NCBI GenBank assembly: GCA_937996615.1
Contig: CALKVD010000042.1
Span: 1 to 43,706 of the forward strand
DNA length: 43,706 bases
Direction: 5' to 3'
Source: an uncultured Rickettsiales bacterium
GTDB taxonomy: Bacteria > Pseudomonadota > Alphaproteobacteria > Rickettsiales > Midichloriaceae
In this document: positions 36,038-43,706 of the stretch, piece by piece
Layout of the letters: each line of letters starts with the position of its first letter
Position numbering within the stretch: position 1 is the stretch's first letter
The notes under the pieces: generated by a model
What the model saw: only the letters and a program-made list of their open reading frames with translations
Databases searched by the model: none
Told to the model about the DNA's origin: nothing
Program-made: the position numbers and the translations under genes

Positions 36038-37960
36038 TTATTTGTCCTTAACTTCTTCAAAATCAGCGTCAACAACTTTTTCTTCACTACTGCCCGAATC
36101 AGCGTTACTAGCTCCAGAATCAGCACCACCCTCGCTTCCTGTATTTGTAGCATTACCACTACCATACATAGCTTCACCAATTTTCATGCTAGCTTGGCTT
36201 ACTGCTTCCGTTTTAGCTTTGATTTCAGCAACATCTTCACTTTCGAGAACTTTTCTAAGTTCAGCGATAGAATCTTCGATATTTTGCTTATCAGCTGATG
36301 CAAGCTTTTCGCCATATTCCTTCAAGCTTTTTTCGGTTGAGTAAATCATGCTGTCAGCGTGGTTACGCGCTTCAATCAGATTTTTGCGCTCTTCGTCAGC
36401 AGCAGCGTTTGCTTCAGCATCCTGCATCATTTTTTTGATTTCCTCATCTGTCAAACCGCCAGAAGACTGGATTGTAATCCGTTGCTCTTTGCCGCTTGCC
36501 TTGTCTTTAGCTGAGACATGCATAATTCCGTTTGCATCAACATCAAATGTTACTTCAATTTGCGGCATTCCTCTTGGAGCTGGCGGAATTCCTTCTAATG
36601 TAAACTGACCCAATAACTTATTCGCCGCAGCAACTTTTCTTTCGCCTTGGAAAACCCTAATTGTAACCGCCGGTTGATTATCTTCCGCTGTAGAGAATGT
36701 TTGGCTTTTCTTTGTTGGTATAGTAGTATTGCGTTCAATCAATGCAGTGAACACTCCACCCAAAGTTTCAATCCCAATTGACAGTGGCGTCACATCAAGC
36801 AATACAACATCCTGCACCGAACCCGTCAGAACACCACCCTGGATTGCAGCACCAATTGCCACAACCTCGTCTGGATTAACTCCGCGGTGAGGTTCTTTAC
36901 CAAAAAAGTCTTTGACGCGTTGGATAACTTTTGGCATTCTGGTCATCCCTCCTACCATCACAACTTCATCTATTTTATCAATAGTTAGTCCTGCGTCCCC
37001 TAACGCTGCTTTGCAAGGAGCAATTGTTCTCTCAATAAATTCATCAACCAAGCTTTCAAGTTTAGCGCGCGATAACTTCATGTTGAGGTGTTTTGGCCCA
37101 GACGCATCAGCAGTTATATATGGCAAGTTGATTTCGGTTTCCATCGAGCTAGAAAGCTCTATTTTAGCTTTTTCTGCTGCTTCTTTGAGACGCTGCAACG
37201 CTAGGTTGTCTTTGCTTATATCCATCCCAGATTGTTTTTTGAATTCGTCGCATAAATAGCTGAGAATCTTGAGATCAAAATCTTCCCCCCCAAGGAATGT
37301 ATCACCATTGGTTGATTTTACTTCAAAAACTCCGTCTCCTATTTCTAGAATAGAAACGTCAAAAGTACCACCCCCTAGATCATAGACTGCAATTGTTTTG
37401 TTGCCTGATTTTTCAAGACCATAGGCTAAAGCAGCTGCGGTTGGTTCGTTGATAATCCTCAATACATCAAGCCCGGCGATGGCCCCCGCGTCTTTAGTTG
37501 CTTGACGCTGAGAATCGTTGAAATATGCCGGCACCGTGATTACCGCTTTGGTAACTTTTTTACCTAAAAAACTTTCGGCTGTTTCTTTCATTTTTTGTAG
37601 GGTCATCGCACTGATTTGGCTTGGAGAATATTCTTTTCCGCGAGATTTAACCCAAGCATCACCATTTTTTGCACCTATTACTGAATATGGCACTTTTTTT
37701 AATAATTCTTTGGTTTTTTCGTCACTAAATCCTCGTCCAATTAAACGCTTGACCGCGAATATTGTGTTTTCTGGATTGGTAACAGCTTGGCGTTTGGCGG
37801 AATCACCAACTAATATCTCACCTTTTTCGGTGAATGCTATAATTGAAGGGGTTGTTCTTCTTCCTTCGCTATTTTCGATAACTTTAGGATTTGAACCGTC
37901 CATGATTGCGACACACGAATTGGTTGTACCTAAATCTATACCTATAACTATTTCGCTCAT
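36038..37960 (-). CDS. dnaK: Molecular chaperone DnaK (Hsp70)
   Basis: [26 protein letters not shown] and a C-terminal EEVKDK-type tail. Confidence 0.97.
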   Translation of the reverse strand: MSEIVIGIDLGTTNSCVAIMDGSNPKVIENSEGRRTTPSIIAFTEKGEILVGDSAKRQAVTNPENTIFAVKRLIGRGFSDEKTKELLKKVPYSVIGAKNGDAWVKSRGKEYSPSQISAMTLQKMKETAESFLGKKVTKAVITVPAYFNDSQRQATKDAGAIAGLDVLRIINEPTAAALAYGLEKSGNKTIAVYDLGGGTFDVSILEIGDGVFEVKSTNGDTFLGGEDFDLKILSYLCDEFKKQSGMDISKDNLALQRLKEAAEKAKIELSSSMETEINLPYITADASGPKHLNMKLSRAKLESLVDEFIERTIAPCKAALGDAGLTIDKIDEVVMVGGMTRMPKVIQRVKDFFGKEPHRGVNPDEVVAIGAAIQGGVLTGSVQDVVLLDVTPLSIGIETLGGVFTALIERNTTIPTKKSQTFSTAEDNQPAVTIRVFQGERKVAAANKLLGQFTLEGIPPAPRGMPQIEVTFDVDANGIMHVSAKDKASGKEQRITIQSSGGLTDEEIKKMMQDAEANAAADEERKNLIEARNHADSMIYSTEKSLKEYGEKLASADKQNIEDSIAELRKVLESEDVAEIKAKTEAVSQASMKIGEAMYGSGNATNTGSEGGADSGASNADSGSSEEKVVDADFEEVKDK

Positions 37961-38057
37961 AATTCTTTCCTCTGATTTATGTTAAACAATAAAATTAAAT
38001 AATCACAAATTAAATACTTTAAATAACTTAAAGTGCTTTGATTCACTTCAATGCTTT

Positions 38058-38087
38058 AGATATAGGAACAAAAACTCATATTACAAG
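38058..38087 (-). promoter_or_regulatory. Candidate RpoH (sigma-32)-type promoter upstream of dnaK
   Basis: The minus strand reads CTTG-TAATATGAGTTTTTGTT-CCTATATCT. A CTTG -35 core, a 17-nt spacer and a CCTATAT -10 fit the alphaproteobacterial heat-shock pattern CTTG-N17-CYTATNT. It lies about 100 nt upstream of the dnaK ATG. Confidence 0.35.
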
Positions 38088-38475
38088 TGTAGCATGGATC
38101 AGAAAAACCATAAATTTTTTATTTAGCCGATTCTAAAACCGATACAATAGAGATTTGATGAGGCATAGCCAATAGAAAATTTTTATTTACTTATTTAAAG
38201 CTATTAGCTGGTTTTTCTAAAATTCTTATAATTGTTAATATATTTTTAAGCTAATTTATTAGTATTGGTTGGAGTAAATCGTTTAAAGATTTGACTCGCA
38301 GCATTATTATATAGATGGGTTAAAACAACAGGAAGGTCTTGGAAAAATATTTTTTATATTTTTGCTAATTAATCTTTTTAAACTAAAATGGTTCATCACC
38401 TCAAACACGAAGCAACAAACCAAAATTGTGGTTTAAAGGAAAATATAGCAAGAAAGCTATATTCAGCCCCGACCT

Positions 38476-38503
38476 TGAAAAAACACCTGGGAGAGCGGTG
38501 TTT
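38476..38503 (-). terminator. Rho-independent terminator of the small membrane-protein gene
   Basis: On the minus strand, 4 nt after the stop: AAACACC-GCTCTCCCA-GGTGTTT followed by TTTC. This is a 7-bp stem with a 9-nt loop and a T6 run. Confidence 0.55.
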
Positions 38504-38506
38504 AAA

Positions 38507-38815
38507 TTATTTACTAGACACAGTAGCGAGTTTTGCTTTGCGCGCAATCGAGACAGCAGCGCCAGTGATTACCATGCAATATATTAGACATGGATCGATA
38601 ACATAATGGACCAAACCTAGATCATGAGCCGTTGCGCCAGACGCAATTCCGATCACTGAAAGAAAAATTAGAGCTAGATCTGCCAAGAATCCGTTTTGTT
38701 TTTTCAGCAAGCTAGAAACATATTGAAACCCAAAGCCTCTAGAAGCGCCAAGTAGCAAAATTCCAGCGATTAAGAACAAAGGGCCTAGATGAAGGAGTTC
38801 AATGAACATTTTCAT
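38507..38815 (-). CDS. Hypothetical small integral membrane protein (102 aa, ~3 TM segments)
   Basis: An open frame with three hydrophobic segments (LGPLFLIAGILLLGA, LADLALIFLSVIGIASGA, CLIYCMVITGAAVSIA) and its own terminator. I recognise no family motif. Confidence 0.45.
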   Translation of the reverse strand: MKMFIELLHLGPLFLIAGILLLGASRGFGFQYVSSLLKKQNGFLADLALIFLSVIGIASGATAHDLGLVHYVIDPCLIYCMVITGAAVSIARKAKLATVSSK

Positions 38816-39204
38816 AAATTTTACCTAAATTATATTTACACTTTATAAAACTAATACAGAGAATGATACTATACAATAAAAAAACAATGTTCAATACATT
38901 TTTTTTATTTATATTTAGGATTGGCAAACTAGCGGTGAAATCAAGCGTATCTCAATCTATTTTACAACCATAGAATTTAATTAAATGGTAAATAAAACAA
39001 AAAAATAAAAAATTTTATGATTTGGTACTTCCGCAACTAAATCATTAGTGTTAATAATCGAAACTGCCATGATTAATAAAGTATATCTAAAATATATTTG
39101 GGATAGAGAAAAATAAATTTAGTGAATAGATTTAGGTGAAAAATAATATTTCCTATTGCATTTTGATCACCGAATGTATATACAATAAGAAGACATTCTC
39201 TTTA

Positions 39205-39291
39205 GGAGGGATTGCTGAGTGGCCAAAAGCAGCAGACTGTAAATCTGCCCACCTTGCGTGTTCGTAGGTTCGAATCCTGCTCCCTCCACCA
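39205..39291 (+). tRNA. tRNA-Tyr (anticodon GTA), class II with a long variable arm and encoded CCA
   Basis: Acceptor GGAGGGA/TCCCTCC, anticodon stem GCAGA/TCTGC with loop CTGTAAA, variable arm CACcttgcGTG, T-arm GTAGG-TTCGAAT-CCTGC, then A-CCA. Confidence 0.9.
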
Positions 39292-39432
39292 TTAATAATA
39301 GCAAACCATACATAATTTTCTTGGCACTAGTGAGATCGGGTTTTATGCTATTTATATAGCACGTAATAACAAAAGCATTTCAAAGCCATCTCCCAATTTA
39401 AATAAAATGAACAAATATTAAAAAATAATAGT

Positions 39433-41325
39433 ATGGATAATATGGAATATGATGTAATCGTAATTGGCGGCGGACATGCTGGGTGCGAAGCTGCTGCTGC
39501 TGCTGCCAGGGTTGGTGCAAAAACTTGCCTTATCACTTTTGCGAAAGATAATATCGGCGAAATGTCTTGCAATCCTTCGATTGGAGGGGTTGGTAAAGGA
39601 ATTTTAGTTAAGGAAATCGACGCGCTAGACGGCGTTATGCCCCAGGCAATAGACCGAGCCTGTATTCACTTTAAAATGCTCAATAGAAGCAAAGGACCAG
39701 CTGTTTGGGGGCCAAGAGCTCAGGCAGATCGAGAGCTATATCGGGAAGCTATGCAGGATATTTTAAGCGACTATCGCAACCTAGAATTGCATTTTGCTGA
39801 AGTCACTGATCTAATAATTAAAGATAAACAAATTTGCGGTATCAAATGTGGTGACCAAAAAATACTAGCGCACTCCGTAGTAATCACAACCGGAACATTT
39901 TTGAACGGCCTGATCCATATTGGCCAAAAACAAACTGTTGCCGGTAGATTTGGAGAAAATAGCAGTAGCGATTTAGCAATCACTCTCAAAAATATTGGCT
40001 TTGCTCTCGGCCGACTCAAAACCGGAACCCCAGCAAGATTACGCCGCAGTACTATTAATTGGCAAGAAACAGAAGAACAGCCAGGCGAAATTCCAGCAAC
40101 ACCCTTTTCTGCGTTTAACGAACAAATCAAGGTAGAGCAGATTAATTGCGCTATCACCCATACAAACGCTAAAACTCACCAGATTATTGCAGCAAACACC
40201 CACCTCTCGCCAATGTATTCAGGCCAGATCTCTTCGACCGGCCCTCGCTATTGTCCATCGATTGAAGATAAGATAACACGATTTGCAAGTAAAGAACGCC
40301 ATCAAGTTTTTTTAGAGCCAGAGGGATTGCAATCTGACGTTGTGTACCCCAACGGAATTTCTACCTCTTTGCCAGAAGATGTCCAGGAGATGATGATTCG
40401 CTCAATTCGAGGATTGGAAAATGTTGAAATATTGCGCTATGGTTATGCTATAGAATATGACTATATCGACCCAAGAGAACTAAAACCAACTTTAGAAACA
40501 AAAAAAGTTAGCGGATTATTTATGGCAGGCCAAATCAACGGCACTACTGGCTATGAAGAAGCTGCAGCTCAAGGTTTAATTGCTGGGATAAACTCAGGAT
40601 TATTCAAAGCAAAGACTGAATTCACTTTAAACCGAGCTGAGGCATATATCGGAGTTATGATCGACGACCTAATCACTCATGGCGCAACCGAACCCTATCG
40701 AATGCTGACCTCTAGAGCAGAGTTTAGAATTCAACTTCGTTCTGACAATGCTGATATGAGGCTCACAAAAAAAGGGATCGAGTCTGGAGTAGTTGGAACG
40801 AAAAGAGCTGAAGTTTTTAGCAAAACATATGATAAGTTAATCGATATAAAATCCAAGTTGGAAGCAATCAAAGTCACTCATGCAATAGCCAAGGAAAATA
40901 ACCTGGGCCATATCCAAGACGGGCAGAAAAAAAACTTGTTCGAGCTTCTTGGGCTACCCAACGCCAATCAGAATAATATATGGAAAATGCTTCTAGATAA
41001 AGCAAAAAAAGTAGAAAAATCCCAAGACCCAGAAGAGAATATAGACCCAGAAGACGAGATAAAACATAAAGTGTATGTCATGTCGCTATATTATAGTTAT
41101 AATCTTAGACAACAAAAGGACATCGAAATTCTCAACCATGACTACAACTCTAAAATCCCTGATGATATTGACTATGCAAAAGTTCATGGCCTTTCTAATG
41201 AATTGCGCCATAAATTTACAACAATCAAACCAAACACTGTGGCGGATGCACGCCGTATTAACGGAATGACTCCAACCGCAATTATCGCTCTCCAGCTATA
41301 CTTACGCAAAAGAAATAACGGTTGA
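39433..41325 (+). CDS. mnmG: tRNA uridine-5-carboxymethylaminomethyl modification enzyme MnmG (GidA)
   Basis: [39 protein letters not shown] and [16 protein letters not shown]. Confidence 0.95.
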   Translation: MDNMEYDVIVIGGGHAGCEAAAAAARVGAKTCLITFAKDNIGEMSCNPSIGGVGKGILVKEIDALDGVMPQAIDRACIHFKMLNRSKGPAVWGPRAQADRELYREAMQDILSDYRNLELHFAEVTDLIIKDKQICGIKCGDQKILAHSVVITTGTFLNGLIHIGQKQTVAGRFGENSSSDLAITLKNIGFALGRLKTGTPARLRRSTINWQETEEQPGEIPATPFSAFNEQIKVEQINCAITHTNAKTHQIIAANTHLSPMYSGQISSTGPRYCPSIEDKITRFASKERHQVFLEPEGLQSDVVYPNGISTSLPEDVQEMMIRSIRGLENVEILRYGYAIEYDYIDPRELKPTLETKKVSGLFMAGQINGTTGYEEAAAQGLIAGINSGLFKAKTEFTLNRAEAYIGVMIDDLITHGATEPYRMLTSRAEFRIQLRSDNADMRLTKKGIESGVVGTKRAEVFSKTYDKLIDIKSKLEAIKVTHAIAKENNLGHIQDGQKKNLFELLGLPNANQNNIWKMLLDKAKKVEKSQDPEENIDPEDEIKHKVYVMSLYYSYNLRQQKDIEILNHDYNSKIPDDIDYAKVHGLSNELRHKFTTIKPNTVADARRINGMTPTAIIALQLYLRKRNNG

Positions 41326-41384
41326 TACCATCAAATATCTTGATTATAATTCACAACATTATTTTAATAATTAGTTTAATAAAA

Positions 41385-42185
41385 ATGCTACAAAAAATCC
41401 AACTTAGCCTCAATCAGCTCCGACAACATAAACCAGTGGTTCTATGTCTAACTAATTATGTTTCAGCCGATTTGGTCGCCAACAGTTTGCTGGCAGTTGG
41501 CGCCTCGCCGATTATGTCACAAGATATTAGAGAAATAGAAGAGTTGGTCGCTATTCGCAATGCGTTATATATCAATATTGGCACTTTGGATCAAGAATTT
41601 GTCAGTCGTTGCTTTAACGCCGCTGAGCTAGCCAAACGCTATAATAAACCAATAGTACTTGATCCAGTTGGCGCCGGAGCAAGCAAAATCAGAACTAAAA
41701 CCGCAATAGATTTCTTGAGTATTTGCGATATAGTCAGGGGTAATGCTAGTGAAATAATCGCATTAACTCAAGCTAATGCAAAAACTGCTGGCGTCGATTC
41801 TACTGATCAAGTTTGTGATGCAAAAGATAGCGCCAGGATGATGGCAAAGAATTTTGGCTTTGTCACTGTTGTTAGTGGCGAAATTGATTTTATCACCAAA
41901 GACGGTCAAGAAATAGAATTCAAACTTGGATCCAAAATAATGCCATTGGTCACAGGAATGGGCTGTGCATTAACCGGAGTCATTGCTGCGTTTAGGGGGG
42001 TGGAGGCAGATTCATTTGAAGCAGCTCAGGTTGCTACAGCATATTTTGCTTTATGTGGCAATCTAGCAGAAATAAAAACCCAAAAACCTGGAGGATTTCG
42101 TGCAGAATTTATTGATCAGTTGAACTGTGGTGATTTTGCATCAATGGTTGAATTTGCTTCTGGATTAAAAACATCAAAGGCGTAG
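41385..42185 (+). CDS. thiM: Hydroxyethylthiazole kinase
   Basis: KPVVLCLTNYVSADLVANSLLAVGASPIM, VLDPVGAGAS, RGNASEI and VTGMGCALTG. The track start (TTG at 41322) adds an AT-rich hydrophobic leader overlapping the mnmG stop, so the ATG at 41385 is preferred. Confidence 0.8.
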   Translation: MLQKIQLSLNQLRQHKPVVLCLTNYVSADLVANSLLAVGASPIMSQDIREIEELVAIRNALYINIGTLDQEFVSRCFNAAELAKRYNKPIVLDPVGAGASKIRTKTAIDFLSICDIVRGNASEIIALTQANAKTAGVDSTDQVCDAKDSARMMAKNFGFVTVVSGEIDFITKDGQEIEFKLGSKIMPLVTGMGCALTGVIAAFRGVEADSFEAAQVATAYFALCGNLAEIKTQKPGGFRAEFIDQLNCGDFASMVEFASGLKTSKA

Positions 42186-42214
42186 GTTATAGCGTAATAT
42201 CCAAATAATATATT

Positions 42215-42796
42215 ATGATCAAAACTGCATACAATTTAACTGAACTGGCGCAAAAACTAGTCACTGCGGCAAAAACAAGAGGAAGTGTGATGGCATTAGC
42301 TGAATCATGTACCGGCGGAATGGCATCTTCGGCTATTGTTGATGTCCCCGGATCTTCTGCGGTTTTTGATCGGTCTTTTATCGTCTATAGCAACCTCGCC
42401 AAAATTGAAATTCTAGGAGTCAAAAACCAGACAATTGATCAATATGGAGCAGTGAGCGAAGAAGTAGCTCGCGAAATGGCTCTAGGTGCATTAGCAAAAT
42501 TAAATTCTTCTCAAATCCATCCAAACCAACTTACACAACCATTAGCAGTATCGAAAAGACAATATAATATCGCTGCAGCAATAACTGGAATCGCAGGACC
42601 AGATGGCGGAACAAAACAAAAACCTGTAGGATTGGTTTATATTGCAGTTGCAACAAACTATCCTTATCAGCCTGATCAAAAGGTTCCAAATGTTATATGT
42701 GTTAAAAATATTTTTCGAGGCAACAGGTCTGAAATTCGTCAGTCTGCCGCTGCCGCTGCTTTGATTGAAATGTATAAAATGATTCAACACTTATAA
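42215..42796 (+). CDS. pncC: CinA C-terminal domain protein / nicotinamide-nucleotide amidohydrolase PncC-like
   Basis: LAESCTGGMASSAIVDVPGSSAVFDRSFIVYSN..K...LGV......YGAVSEEVAREMA and ITGIAGPDGGT..KPVGLVYIA. Confidence 0.8.
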   Translation: MIKTAYNLTELAQKLVTAAKTRGSVMALAESCTGGMASSAIVDVPGSSAVFDRSFIVYSNLAKIEILGVKNQTIDQYGAVSEEVAREMALGALAKLNSSQIHPNQLTQPLAVSKRQYNIAAAITGIAGPDGGTKQKPVGLVYIAVATNYPYQPDQKVPNVICVKNIFRGNRSEIRQSAAAAALIEMYKMIQHL

Positions 42797-42989
42797 AAAT
42801 AAGTACAAACATAAAAACAACTTTTGAACAAGTTTTATATCCTATTTCTAAATCGTTTTATTTATTAGAATTCTACCAGAGGTTGTGCCCAAATCTAAAA
42901 TCAAATTCGATAAAGCAATAAGAAAAGCTTTTGTTTTTGTTTTTTATTTCCTATCATCAAATTATAAAGAGTTAAAAAAATAATCCAAT

Positions 42990-43706
42990 ATGCAAGGCTT
43001 CAACAAACTCTATAGCCACTTAGTATCAAAAACAGAAACACAGCCTCCGTTAAAAGCAGCTGTAATTCAACCCATAGATCAGTCTTCACTGCAAAGTACT
43101 ATAGAATCAGCAAAAAATAATATAATATCGCCGATTCTAATCGGTTCAAAAGAAAAAATAACTACAACAGCAAACTCTATTAACATAGATATTTCGGAGT
43201 ATGAAATAGTTGATATAGCAGACGATAAAAAGGCGGTGGAATTTGCAATCAATGCCGTAAATAGAAACGAGGCTCAGGCGATAATCAAAGGAAATATCCA
43301 TACTGATATTCTAATGGGTGCGATTGTAAATAAAACCAGCAATCTTAGAACCGGAAGAAGGATGAGCCACGTTTTTTTAGTTGTGTCTCCCCGCTACCAT
43401 AAGCCGCTGATGATTACTGACGCTGCTTTAAATATTCAGCCAGATTTAGCAACTAAAGTTGATATAGTACAAAATGCAATAGATTTATTTAAACAAGTAT
43501 TCGATACGCAACCAAAAGTTGCGGCACTATCAGCAGTTGAGTATGTAACGGATAAACTTCCTGCAACCTTAGATGCAGCTGCTTTATGTAAAATGGCCGA
43601 ACGTGGTCAAATCAGTGGAGCAATAATCGATGGCCCTCTTGCATTTGATAATGCTATTTCGCAAAGAGCTGCCAAAATTAAAAAAATCAACTCCCCAATT
43701 TGCGGT
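42990..43706 (+). CDS. Phosphate acetyl/butyryl-transferase (PTA_PTB) family protein; 3' end lies beyond the window
   Basis: My own translation from the ATG at 42990 reads MQGFNKLYSHLVSKTETQPPLKAAVIQPID...IIKGNIHTDILMGAIVNK..LRTGRRMSHVF...MITDAALNIQPDL..K..I..NAI. The frame is open to the window end and is absent from the ORF track (no stop). Confidence 0.75.
   Translation, partial: MQGFNKLYSHLVSKTETQPPLKAAVIQPIDQSSLQSTIESAKNNIISPILIGSKEKITTTANSINIDISEYEIVDIADDKKAVEFAINAVNRNEAQAIIKGNIHTDILMGAIVNKTSNLRTGRRMSHVFLVVSPRYHKPLMITDAALNIQPDLATKVDIVQNAIDLFKQVFDTQPKVAALSAVEYVTDKLPATLDAAALCKMAERGQISGAIIDGPLAFDNAISQRAAKIKKINSPICG

Noticed and set aside
38025-38060. Possible CIRCE/HrcA operator upstream of dnaK (AAGTGCTTTGATTCACTT).
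   Set aside because: It is only a 5-bp inverted repeat (AAGTG/CACTT) and does not resemble TTAGCACTC-N9-GAGTGCTAA.
39491-39508. (GCT)5-GCC trinucleotide run in mnmG (poly-Ala EAAAAAAR), and a similar GCA run at the adk 3' end (11741-11756).
   Set aside because: These are short, in-frame runs within a conserved FAD-binding helix region ([11 protein letters not shown]). They are too short to call a contingency repeat.
1-43706. I scanned for CRISPR arrays, rRNA genes, toxin-antitoxin pairs, restriction-modification or other defence cassettes, and prophage genes.
   Set aside because: I found no regularly spaced direct repeats, no rRNA-like conserved blocks, and no ORFs with nuclease, methylase, integrase or phage structural motifs. 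The GNAT at 33839-34441 is RimJ-like and has no adjacent small antitoxin-like ORF.

Overview
This is a visibly AT-rich bacterial window that starts at a contig end: nt 1-50 are Illumina library adapter, not genome. The rest is mostly conserved housekeeping genes. The gene set (class-I LysRS, MEP-pathway dxr and ispH, ProP-type MFS, SspB-alpha type, isolated flagellar export genes) and the AT-richness suggest an alphaproteobacterial, Rickettsiales/Holosporales-like intracellular bacterium; this is inference. Genes recognised: rodA (partial), MBL hydrolase, pgeF, typA, a 1246-aa fused flavoprotein oxidoreductase, flhA, an adenylate kinase paralog, sspB-like, rsmE, a DD-carboxypeptidase, uvrB, fliI, a KefB-type antiporter, nhaA, lolC/E, dapB, infC, dxr, cdsA, an MFS transporter, class-I lysyl-tRNA synthetase, a GDPD-like gene, ispH, a GNAT, hslU, dnaK, a small membrane protein, tRNA-Tyr, mnmG, thiM, a CinA/PncC domain protein and a partial pta-like gene. 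I see no CRISPR array, rRNA, prophage or clear multi-gene defence or secretion island. The only accessory DNA is a decayed IS5-family insertion sequence between lolC/E and dapB, plus two copies of a roughly 290-bp palindromic MITE-like element. One MITE copy is nested inside the IS transposase pseudogene and the other starts 3 nt after the lysK stop codon (at TA 31634-31635). The MITE ends resemble the IS ends. Most noteworthy: (1) an adenylate kinase paralog with an apparent lipoprotein signal peptide; (2) the giant N-terminal-unknown + GltD-like + PyrK-like fusion protein; (3) the MITE/IS family; (4) a conserved ~24-nt motif just downstream of several genes; (5) isolated flhA and fliI; (6) a probable non-canonical AUU/AUA start for infC. 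I found no convincing novel multi-gene system and say so plainly.
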